A stretch of DNA of 64,000 nt from Candidatus Thermosaccharophagus tengchongensis. GTDB lineage: Bacteria; Armatimonadota; Fervidibacteria; Fervidibacterales; Thermosaccharophagaceae. Position 1 is the first letter of the stretch, and every line of letters starts with the position of its first letter. A program made the position numbers and the translations under genes. Below the pieces are notes generated by a model. The model searched no databases. It saw only the letters and a program-made list of their open reading frames with translations, and was not told the DNA's origin. The stretch lies in assembly GCA_032161105.1 (NCBI GenBank), contig JAVHTD010000005.1, one strand, 5' to 3'. This document shows, piece after piece, positions 54,273 through 62,262 of this stretch.

Positions 54273-56036
54273 ATGCGCAGGGTGTGCATTGCTCTTTTGG
54301 GCTCTTTAGCTTTGGATGCTATTGGTGGTGTTGGCATGGCGGCTGTTGTCATTGCTGAGCGCGGCGGGAGCAACTACCGAATCGTTATAGCCAAGGATGC
54401 CATACCATCGGAGCAGTATGCTGCGCAGGAGTTGCAACGCTACATAGAGCGCATGAGTGGTGCGAAGTTGCCGATAGTCACCGACGACCAACCGATGCAG
54501 AAGCGAGAGATCATGGTTGGTGAAAGCGCGCATACGAAAAAATTGCGTTTGAGGGTTGATGTGAAGGGGCTTGGCACGGATGGATTCATAATGCAAACTG
54601 TCGGGGAGAGTTTGATTATAGTTGGCGGAAAACCCAGAGGGACGCTGTATGGGGTTTATGCATTGCTTGAAGAGAAGTTTGGCGTGCGTTGGTTTGCACC
54701 CGATGTTGAGTATGTTCCGAAGGTTGAAAGGATTGAGTTGCCAAAATTGAACGAGATGCAAATTCCCGCTTTTGAATACCGAGAGGTCTTTTGGACGGAA
54801 ATGATGCGAGATGCCGATTTTGCGGCTCGCCATAGGTTGAATGGACAGCATTACAGGTTGACCGAGAAGCATGGTGGAAGGGCTGTTGTGTTTTACCCGT
54901 TTGTGCACAGCTTTGATCTGCTTATCCCAAGGGAACTTTACAAGGAGCATCCAGAGTATTTCCCACTGATAGGTGGAAAGCGTATCAACGGCTATGTGCA
55001 GCGCTGCCTGTCAAATCCTGATGTTTTGAGGCTCGCTATTGAGCGGGTTCGGCAATGGATAAAAGAGCATCCTGAAGCGACGATAATAGATGTCTCGCAG
55101 AACGACACTGGCAATTGGTGCCAGTGTGAGAATTGTAAGTCGCTTGATGACGCTGAGGGCTCACCATCGGCGTCAATCATTCGCTTTGTCAATGCCATAG
55201 CCGAAGCCATTGAGAAGGAATATCCGCACATTCGCATAGAGACACTCGCTTACACTTACAGCCGAAGACCGCCAAAGACGCTTCGCCCAAGGCACAATGT
55301 CATAATCAGACTATGCTCAATAGAGTGCTGTTTTTCGCACCCACTTGATGGCTGTCCATCGGAGCAAAACAAGCGCTTTGTGGAGGACATCAAAGCGTGG
55401 CGAAATGTTGCGCCGATACTCTATGTATGGGATTACACGACAAACTTTGCCCATTACATTCAGCCATTCCCCAACTTGGAGGTGCTTCAAGCGAATGTGC
55501 AATTCTTCTCAAAGCATAATGTAGTTGGCCTGTTTGAGCAGGGTAACTACTCTCAAGGCGGCAATGGTGAGATGGCACCATTGCGCTCTTACCTGCTCGC
55601 AAAGCTGCTGTGGAATCCGAATACCGATGTTAAAAAGCACATGGATGGGTTCCTCAATGGCTATTACGGCAATGCAGCAAAACCGATACGGGCTTACATT
55701 GACTTGCTCCATTCAAGAGTTCGTGAGAAGGGTTACCACGCCCACATTTATGATCCACCCACTGCCCCGTATATCAACGACGATGAGTTTTTGAATACCG
55801 CAGAGAAGTTGTTTGATGAGGCTGAAGCTGTTGCTGGTGACGATTCAATTCGTTTCAGAGTGCAGGTGACACGCTTGCCAATTTGGTATGTGAAGCTCGC
55901 GACAAACAGGGTAAAGGGAGACGAGAGGAAGAAGTTGATTGAGCGTTTTCTTGAGGTTGCAAGAAAGGCAGGCGTAACAAACATAAGTGAGGGAAAGAGC
56001 CTTAATGCGTGGGCGAAGGAAATGGGCGCTATGTGA
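54273..56036 (+). CDS. DUF4838 family protein (putative glycoside hydrolase-like)
   Basis: AAQELQRYI, RGTLYGVY.LLE, PAFEYRE, HPEYF, SQND..WCQC..C, WDY, LLWNP. Confidence 0.82.
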   Translation: MRRVCIALLGSLALDAIGGVGMAAVVIAERGGSNYRIVIAKDAIPSEQYAAQELQRYIERMSGAKLPIVTDDQPMQKREIMVGESAHTKKLRLRVDVKGLGTDGFIMQTVGESLIIVGGKPRGTLYGVYALLEEKFGVRWFAPDVEYVPKVERIELPKLNEMQIPAFEYREVFWTEMMRDADFAARHRLNGQHYRLTEKHGGRAVVFYPFVHSFDLLIPRELYKEHPEYFPLIGGKRINGYVQRCLSNPDVLRLAIERVRQWIKEHPEATIIDVSQNDTGNWCQCENCKSLDDAEGSPSASIIRFVNAIAEAIEKEYPHIRIETLAYTYSRRPPKTLRPRHNVIIRLCSIECCFSHPLDGCPSEQNKRFVEDIKAWRNVAPILYVWDYTTNFAHYIQPFPNLEVLQANVQFFSKHNVVGLFEQGNYSQGGNGEMAPLRSYLLAKLLWNPNTDVKKHMDGFLNGYYGNAAKPIRAYIDLLHSRVREKGYHAHIYDPPTAPYINDDEFLNTAEKLFDEAEAVAGDDSIRFRVQVTRLPIWYVKLATNRVKGDERKKLIERFLEVARKAGVTNISEGKSLNAWAKEMGAM

Positions 56037-56159
56037 GGCTATCTCCTTTGGTGAGGTAAGTTATCGCCCTGCGTTGCTGCGCAATGTTTTATAGCGCAGG
56101 AGCATCATTAGCATCGGGTTTGAATTGCGATATCGTCCACGGACGCTCCGCAGTTCGGG

Positions 56160-56188
56160 TTGACTTTGACAAATAAGTGCGTTAAACT
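56160..56188 (+). promoter_or_regulatory. Putative sigma70 promoter upstream of galU
   Basis: TTGACT (56160-65), 17-nt spacer, TAAACT (56183-88). Confidence 0.55.
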
Positions 56189-56250
56189 GATGTAACGCAA
56201 TGTGGGGTGAGGGAGCAATTTGCCCCAAGGTGTTTATGCGCCCGTAAGGT

Positions 56251-56279
56251 AACTGGTGTTCAACGAGAGCCAGTTTTTT
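56251..56279 (+). terminator. Putative intrinsic terminator/attenuator in the galU leader
   Basis: AACTGG...CCAGTT stem running into a T tract, about 20 nt before the galU ATG. Confidence 0.5.
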
Positions 56280-56298
56280 GACGAGGGAGTTGAGAGGG

Positions 56299-57147
56299 AT
56301 GGTTGAGAGGGGCGTTATTTTGGCAGCTGGGCGTGGAACAAGGTTACACCCCGTTACAAAGACGCAGCCAAAGGAAATGGTCCCAGTTGGCAGGAAGCCA
56401 GCAATTGAATATATCGTTGAGGAATTAGCGCAAGCTGGTATCGCAGACATCCTCATAGTGACGGGGAAACAGAAGTCTTCATTGGAAGCATATTTTGATG
56501 ATGGTGTCCCGCCCAAATACGACTCGTCGGTAAATGGCGCTCGCATTTACTTTGTAAGGCAACCTCAACCGCTTGGCACAGGCGATGCGGTTAAGCGTGC
56601 GGTTGGTTGGACAAACGATAAACCGTTCGTCGTTGCGATGGGAGACTGCATAATTTGGTCAAGCAGCCGTGACAACATTACTCAAGAACTCATTGAAGTT
56701 CACGAACGATACAATGCTGCAGCAACAATCGCGGTTGAATTGGTGAGCAAACAGGAGACAAACAAATACGGCGTAGTCAGCGTTAAAGGACATGGACGAA
56801 TAGCGCGGTTGACGGGCATTGTTGAAAAGCCACCGCCAGAGAAAGCTCCAAGCAGACTCGCCATTGCTGGAAGGTATGTGTTTGACCCGATTATCTATGA
56901 TGCATTGAACGAGGTTGAGGTTTGCAATGAAGGTGAGTTGGGCATAACCGATGCGATCGCCGTATTAGTGAACAAGGGTTTTCCGGTTTATTGCGTCAGG
57001 CTTAAGAGAGGACAAGTTCGGATGGATGTCGGAAACTTTGAGGGTTACTTCAAAGCGTTCATTTGGGCTGCAATTAACGATAAGGAACATGGTGGCTTGA
57101 TCGCTACCTTCATCCGACGGATACTCAATTCTACCAGACAGGTTTGA
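56299..57147 (+). CDS. galU: UTP-glucose-1-phosphate uridylyltransferase-like nucleotidyltransferase
   Basis: ILAAGRGTRL.P.TK.QPKEM, KPAIEYIVEE, VRQ.QPLGTGDAV, VEKP, GRYVF. Confidence 0.8.
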   Translation: MVERGVILAAGRGTRLHPVTKTQPKEMVPVGRKPAIEYIVEELAQAGIADILIVTGKQKSSLEAYFDDGVPPKYDSSVNGARIYFVRQPQPLGTGDAVKRAVGWTNDKPFVVAMGDCIIWSSSRDNITQELIEVHERYNAAATIAVELVSKQETNKYGVVSVKGHGRIARLTGIVEKPPPEKAPSRLAIAGRYVFDPIIYDALNEVEVCNEGELGITDAIAVLVNKGFPVYCVRLKRGQVRMDVGNFEGYFKAFIWAAINDKEHGGLIATFIRRILNSTRQV

Positions 57148-57205
57148 AGCATGATCTTCTGATGCATGTCAATACCGCTTGCGACTTTCCAAATTGCCAA
57201 ATCGC

Positions 57206-57276
57206 TGCTAAAATGGAATATAGAAGCGCAAGCTAAAGCTTGCGCACAAAAATAAAAAAATCAACACAGGGAGGTG
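57206..57276 (+). promoter_or_regulatory. Extended -10 promoter, 5' hairpin, A-rich tract and strong SD of the GyrA-CTD mini-gene
   Basis: TGcTAAAAT 57206-14; GCGCAAGC-TAAA-GCTTGCGC 57226-45; A-rich tract; GGGAGGTG SD. Confidence 0.55.
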
Positions 57277-57282
57277 TGAGCG

Positions 57283-57585
57283 ATGGAGGCAAAGTATGTG
57301 CTTGTCGTCACGAAGAATGGCTACGCAAAGCGAGTGCCCATAGAGGATGTGCGTGTCCGTAAGCGCCCTGCAAAGGGTGTTTCCGGAGTTGACCTTGCTG
57401 AAGGTGATACGCTCATTGCAGCACTGCCGGTTGGCGAGGGTGGTGAGATTGTCGTCGCAACAGTGCAAGGGCGCGTTGTCAGACTTAGGTTGGAAGAAAT
57501 CAAGACCGCATCGCGCTCCGCAAAAGGCTCTCGCTTGATGGTGCTTGAGGAGGGCGACTCTATAGCCAGTGTTGCTCTCATATAG
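57283..57585 (+). CDS. Stand-alone DNA gyrase A C-terminal beta-pinwheel repeat protein (2 blades)
   Basis: Two roughly 50-aa repeats: VLVVTKNGYAKRV..EDVRVRKRPAKGV...LAEGDTLIAA and IVVATVQGRVVRL..EEIKTASRSAKGS.LMVLEEGDSIASV. Confidence 0.85.
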   Translation: MEAKYVLVVTKNGYAKRVPIEDVRVRKRPAKGVSGVDLAEGDTLIAALPVGEGGEIVVATVQGRVVRLRLEEIKTASRSAKGSRLMVLEEGDSIASVALI

Positions 57586-57640
57586 TAGACACAAGCTGCC
57601 AAATGGAAGTGTAGGGGAACATTCAGCTGCAATTAAAAGT

Positions 57641-57680
57641 GCAAGCGTCGGGTTAGGATACCCGACGCTTTTGCTATTTT
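57641..57680 (+). terminator. Intrinsic terminator after the GyrA-CTD mini-gene
   Basis: AAGCGTCGGGT / ACCCGACGCTT 11-bp stem followed by TTGCTATTTT. Confidence 0.75.
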
Positions 57681-57730
57681 AGGCTCTATTCTGTGGAAAG
57701 GTATTCAGTGATGCATCGGAGGTAGGGGAT

Positions 57731-57755
57731 AAAAAGCCCCTACGGGTGGCTTTTT
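57731..57755 (-). terminator. Possibly bidirectional terminator after the SNF2/YqhG-like operon
   Basis: AAAAAGCC-CCTACGGGT-GGCTTTTT directly at the stop codon. Confidence 0.65.
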
Positions 57756-59667
57756 AGCTCCATTTCTTCAGGTGGCGTAAGAGCCATAGCGTGCTTAATT
57801 GCTTCGTTAAAATTGTTTTGCCAGAGCCATCGGCAACAACGAGCAAGCCGTTCATCCCGTCACGCCACAGATAAATTGCCCTGTATTGCGTCGCAATAAA
57901 ACGGCAGTTTTTCCCCTTTAAATCGTGTTTTGGCATTGGCTGTGGAAGCAATGATGGTGGTAGTTTGCGCTCCAGCGATTTGAGCAAATTAATGCATAAG
58001 CTGCACATTGTTTTCCCTTTCAAGCACGAAAAGCAGTATCTTTGCTCGCAAAGTATGCATTTGCTACTGCACAGGTGGCAAACAGTTGCCCCACAAATGC
58101 CGCACTGCGTGACATGTTTCGGGCAAACTATTTTAGCGCATGATTGACAATAAACGACATGTTCGCTGCAGAGGGTAGTTGAACAACAGTTGGCTCTAAA
58201 AGCGTGCATTGTGCAAATATTTGAACCGCAACTTGAGCAAATATTTCTGCATTTCGCGCAAATTATTTGCCCACATGTTGAACACACTGAGCCGTCCTCA
58301 GCGCAGACAGACTTGCCACAGGTGGAGCATCTGTGAATTCTCTCACTGTTTTGTTGCAAACAATCATTACAAATTGCCTTATCACACACAGTGCAGATAA
58401 TGGCATCATTGGCACATACAATCTTTCCACATATGTAGCATTCAGCTGAACACATCTTACAGATTCCTCTCCCGCAAAACTCACATTTTGCGCTGTGTGG
58501 CTCGCAAATTCGCTTGCCGCAAATTTCGCACACCATAAAGCATTCCTTGCAAACAGGCAGATTGCAAATTTCGCAAAAGCCCTCAATGCAACCTCTGCAG
58601 TATGCTCTGCCACATGTTGAGCATTCCAAAATGCAATCGCTACACACAGCGTGTTTACATGCGCAAAGGTTTACAAGGCTCATTTGTGAGGCACAACTGG
58701 CACATGTTGGGAGAGCGAAAGTGCCATCATAAAGGTTGTGGTAAGCCTTGAAGGACAGTTGATGTGAGTCCTGCACCACAGTAAACTTGAATTCAGCCAC
58801 TGGAACGCTAATTTCAGCGATACCCACAACATGAATTGAGACGAAAGGTTGACGCCTTTGCGCTTCCTCTTCCATCCTCTCATTCCTCTCATCAATCAAC
58901 CTTTCCATTTCGTGCCAAAATTGCCTGCTATTTCCCGCTTTGATGGCAGCTTCTCCGAACAGGCTGGAGTAATAGCTCGCAATGCGCATAAGTTCGGCTT
59001 TTGAGCGCTCACGCGCGGTTTTGGTCAACCCAGAAAGCCAATCTGATAGCAAACTTTCGTGCCTCTCTTTGAGCAATTCAAGGAGCTTTCTCAGAAGCGA
59101 ACGGTTATACGATGGTTTTGCTGGTTTGGCGTCAAAAAGAATTCTGTCCACCCTGTGAGTGACATCCTCAACAAATCCGTTTTCAAGCACCATAAAGCTT
59201 TTTAGCGCGCCTTTTTCGTATGCTGGCGTGCAAGATAATGAGAGACTGACAAGTAAACCACGCAACTTTGCCCTCCTTCTCTTGACCGAGATAAGCTTGC
59301 AATTCCCGAAGCGCAAATTCGGCTCCGTTGGCTTTTCAACCTCGGGCAATTCAATGGCGATATGCAATGCAGCGGACTTTAGCCACTCGTGGACGCGATG
59401 GAAAAGTCGACTTCCGGGAGAAAATAGCAGGGCACCTTGAACAGCTTCGCACGCATCCTTTTCAAACACGACGATGAGCTCTTCACTGTCCCATTCAAAC
59501 GGGGAACCTTCAGGCAACACGATTTGCAGCAATTTCCCTCTATCTATCACCTTTGCACCGATGGACTTGAAAAATTGGCGGCATAAAAAACGAAGCCATG
59601 ATTCCAAATCATTGGCTGTGGTCGCATTACACACTGTATCCCGATCCAATCGCTCAAATTGCCGCAT
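57754..59667 (-). CDS. YqhG-like protein fused to a long tandem Cys-rich zinc-finger array
   Basis: N-terminal half resembles B. subtilis YqhG from memory (FF, PGSRLFH, AELMRIASYY, PFVSIHVVG); C-terminal half is CxxC-x4-Cxx[C/H/D] repeats; lies directly downstream of a YqhH-like helicase. Confidence 0.7.
   Translation of the reverse strand: MRQFERLDRDTVCNATTANDLESWLRFLCRQFFKSIGAKVIDRGKLLQIVLPEGSPFEWDSEELIVVFEKDACEAVQGALLFSPGSRLFHRVHEWLKSAALHIAIELPEVEKPTEPNLRFGNCKLISVKRRRAKLRGLLVSLSLSCTPAYEKGALKSFMVLENGFVEDVTHRVDRILFDAKPAKPSYNRSLLRKLLELLKERHESLLSDWLSGLTKTARERSKAELMRIASYYSSLFGEAAIKAGNSRQFWHEMERLIDERNERMEEEAQRRQPFVSIHVVGIAEISVPVAEFKFTVVQDSHQLSFKAYHNLYDGTFALPTCASCASQMSLVNLCACKHAVCSDCILECSTCGRAYCRGCIEGFCEICNLPVCKECFMVCEICGKRICEPHSAKCEFCGRGICKMCSAECYICGKIVCANDAIICTVCDKAICNDCLQQNSERIHRCSTCGKSVCAEDGSVCSTCGQIICAKCRNICSSCGSNICTMHAFRANCCSTTLCSEHVVYCQSCAKIVCPKHVTQCGICGATVCHLCSSKCILCEQRYCFSCLKGKTMCSLCINLLKSLERKLPPSLLPQPMPKHDLKGKNCRFIATQYRAIYLWRDGMNGLLVVADGSGKTILTKQLSTLWLLRHLKKWS
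57994..58704 (-). repeat. About 13 tandem 15-aa protein repeats C-x2-C-x4-C-x2-[C/H/D]-x3
   Basis: e.g. CEICNLPVCKECFMV, CEICGKRICEPHSAK, CEFCGRGICKMCSAE, CSTCGQIICAKCRNI, CQSCAKIVCPKHVTQ. Confidence 0.9.
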
Positions 59668-59720
59668 TTTTATCCCCCGCCGAGGGCACAACTTCGGCGA
59701 TTAAACACATCCGCTCATCA

Positions 59721-61523
59721 TCAGCTTTGCCTTATGAGCTCCCAAAGCATCTGGTTTGCCTGCCTTATGCGCTCGTAACGCTCCGCTGCCCTCTGAATAA
59801 GTTTCCCAATTTGTGAAAGGCGCTCTTTTTCCTCATCTGGCGTCTCGCTCTGCATGATTGCTTCTGCAACAAGCCGTTCAATGCTCTCTTCAAGGTGTGC
59901 GATACCGAGCATTAGCTCAAGTTCGCCAACCGTCATCTCAAACAAGCCGATCTTCGTTATTAGCAACTCAAGTATGCGCTCTTCAACTGTGTGTTCTGTT
60001 GCCAAGTTTACAACGAACACGGGCTTATCCTGTCCCAACCTGTGAACACGCCCGATGCGCTGCTCAAGGCGCATAGGATTCCAAGGTAGGTCAAAATTGA
60101 TCACCACTCTGCAGAACTGTAAGTTTCGCCCTTCGGCTCCTGACTCCGTGCTTATCATTATCCTCGCGCTTTCTCTGAACCTCTCAACAGCCCTGTCCTT
60201 TGCCCTTTCGCTCATGCTCCCATGATACAGGACGACTTCCTCACCGCGTTTTTCAAGGGCTTCCTTGAGCAACTCCATACTCGCGATGTAATCGGTGAAT
60301 ATGAGCACCTTCTCCTCAATTGCGTTCACAAGTTGTGCGGTGTGCTCAACCTTTGCGCATAGCGGTGTCGCCCTCGCAAGCTCATAAAATTCAGCCAGCC
60401 GTTCCCTTATCTCGTCCGGATATTCATCACACACCATCTTTAGCAAAGTCCTTTCCACCGCACGGGGCGTGCTGCAAAGTTCCTTTTGAAGCAATATGAG
60501 CGTAAGCTTCAAATGCCTTTCCTTCCCGGACGACTTGCTGAGCCGCTTATAGCTCTGCCTCAAAAAAGTCGTCATCTCTTCATACAAGCGAAGTTCTGGC
60601 GGAGTGAGTGAGATGTAATGTGTTGTAGCGTATCTCGGTGGAAGCATTATTCCAACTTCGTCCCTATGATGCCGTATCATCACCGATGAGATCAACCGGC
60701 GCAGCTCCCCAACATTCTTTGGCATCCTCGGATCATCAGCCATAACATACCGCCTTTTGAAGCTCTGCAGTGTTCCAAGCTGACCCGGCTTTATCAGGGT
60801 CACAAGGTTGTAAAGTTCAAGCAGGTTGTTCTGAATAGGAGTTGCGGTTAGAAGCAGAGTGTAGCGCTTTCGTATCTTGCGGCAGAAGCGATGGGCAAGC
60901 GTTGAGCTGTTCCTAAGTTTGTGGGCTTCATCAATTATGAGCAAGTCAAATTCACGCCCATGTATGGCGCTGCTATGAGGCTCGCGCTTTGCCAGGTCAA
61001 TTGATCCTATTACGCGCTCATGCGAGAACCAATCATCCTTTCGCCGGGCTATGGTGAATGTCTCCCCAAACTTCTCAAGCATCTCATGACGCCATTGGTA
61101 GGTTAATGAAGCCGGCACGAGTATGAGCACACTTTTAACAAGTCCCCTCACGATCAGCTCTTTCATCACCAACCCGGCTTCAATTGTTTTGCCCAGACCG
61201 ACATCATCGGCGAGTAAAGCACACCCACCCATTTCGTTCAACACTCTTAAGGCGGTTTCAACTTGGTGCGGGAAGTGAGAAATGCGCACTTGACCCCAGC
61301 ATTGCAACTCCTCAAAGGATTGCATGGCACGAAGCTGCTCAGCCATCAGCAACAGAAAGTGGGCTTCATTTGATGGGATAGAGCACTCCGAAGCAGTGAA
61401 GTCGGGTATGCGCCACTCAACGATTGGGGTAAAATCCAGGAACTTTTCCGCCACTTTTTCCGGGGACATCCACTCGCTATCATCATCCAGCTTTTCATGC
61501 TTGTAAAGTTCAGCCTTTGGCAT
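59721..61523 (-). CDS. SNF2-family helicase/translocase (YqhH-like)
   Basis: LADDVGLGKT, IIDEAH, LLTATP, GRNLQFC, FDLPWNPMRLEQRIGRVHRLGQ. Confidence 0.9.
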   Translation of the reverse strand: MPKAELYKHEKLDDDSEWMSPEKVAEKFLDFTPIVEWRIPDFTASECSIPSNEAHFLLLMAEQLRAMQSFEELQCWGQVRISHFPHQVETALRVLNEMGGCALLADDVGLGKTIEAGLVMKELIVRGLVKSVLILVPASLTYQWRHEMLEKFGETFTIARRKDDWFSHERVIGSIDLAKREPHSSAIHGREFDLLIIDEAHKLRNSSTLAHRFCRKIRKRYTLLLTATPIQNNLLELYNLVTLIKPGQLGTLQSFKRRYVMADDPRMPKNVGELRRLISSVMIRHHRDEVGIMLPPRYATTHYISLTPPELRLYEEMTTFLRQSYKRLSKSSGKERHLKLTLILLQKELCSTPRAVERTLLKMVCDEYPDEIRERLAEFYELARATPLCAKVEHTAQLVNAIEEKVLIFTDYIASMELLKEALEKRGEEVVLYHGSMSERAKDRAVERFRESARIMISTESGAEGRNLQFCRVVINFDLPWNPMRLEQRIGRVHRLGQDKPVFVVNLATEHTVEERILELLITKIGLFEMTVGELELMLGIAHLEESIERLVAEAIMQSETPDEEKERLSQIGKLIQRAAERYERIRQANQMLWELIRQS

Positions 61524-61807
61524 TGCGTGTTTCCCCTCGTGCTCTACATCAGCTTTCGTTGCAACCTTGTGCTGCTGGTTCGGGTGACGACCAACTTACA
61601 AAAGTTTAATGCATTTGCCTGCCAGTGTGAAGCAGATGTAAGGTTGGGGTTCAACCTATATATCGGGTGAGGCTGTGCGTTCATCTGCACAGTAATTGGT
61701 GTGCCCGTATAGGTGCCGCTGCGATTAACATTTGATGACTGCGCGACATAATTTATGCGTGAGCATGGAGTGCTCATGCAGCAAGGTTAAGAGCTGTTGA
61801 GGCGCCC

Positions 61808-61954
61808 CTCCTCTCATCACGAGTGGTGGAGGGTCACGCGCCCGATGAAGCCCGGCAACCTACCGATGGTGAAGGTGGCGAGCCATCGGCAAGGTGCCAA
61901 ATGCGTTGAGTCCTTGGCAGGCGTAAAAGCCCCAAGGGCGAGAGATGAGAGGAG
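61808..61954 (+). ncRNA. SAM-I (S-box) riboswitch aptamer
   Basis: P1 CTCCTCTCATC/GATGAGAGGAG; ATCAcGAGTGGTGGAGGG...CCCGATGAAGCCCGGCAACC...GGTGCCAA consensus; upstream of a SAM synthetase. Confidence 0.92.
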
Positions 61955-62071
61955 TGGGATACCGTAGACGGCAGACATCATGCCGATGCTCAGGTCCCGC
62001 TCCTCTCCGCAAGGGGCGCTTCCAAGCCGTTTGGTGGCGTTCGCAATATCGCTGTGGTGAGGAGGCGGGAC

Positions 62072-62257
62072 ATGGGCAAGGGCTTAAAAGGCACAGGCGT
62101 TGAGCATCGCTGGCTGAAGAGGATTGCATGTGCTTCCCCACTAAGAGATCCTTCAACTCTTACGGAGTTGCTTAGCCACAAGCGTTGCGGATGCACCCCA
62201 AACGGCTGGCAGCCCCAAGATCAAGCACATGGTGCAATACCCATGGGGAGGAGGTAA
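62072..62257 (+). CDS. Putative 61-aa upstream (leader) ORF between the riboswitch and the SAM synthetase
   Basis: GAGGAGG SD before ATG 62072; TAA stop overlaps the SD of the downstream gene; no recognisable domain. Confidence 0.45.
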   Translation: MGKGLKGTGVEHRWLKRIACASPLRDPSTLTELLSHKRCGCTPNGWQPQDQAHGAIPMGRR

Positions 62258-62262
62258 TTCAA

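Noticed and set aside
56234-56290. GCGCCCG...AACT-stem-AGTT...GACGAGG resembling the 5' core of the glmS ribozyme
   Set aside because: There are insertions within the core, the 3' half (TTATCGAA...GCGGATG) is absent, and the downstream gene is galU rather than glmS
57810-57845. ADGSGKT near the C-terminus of the YqhG-like protein, resembling a P-loop
   Set aside because: Does not fit [AG]x4GK[ST], and under 20 residues follow, too few for an NTPase fold
46155-61523. DUF6079-like ATPase plus SNF2 helicase as one BREX type 3 system
   Set aside because: They are 10 kb apart with unrelated genes between; the helicase looks YqhH-like with its own partner; no pglZ or methyltransferase is present
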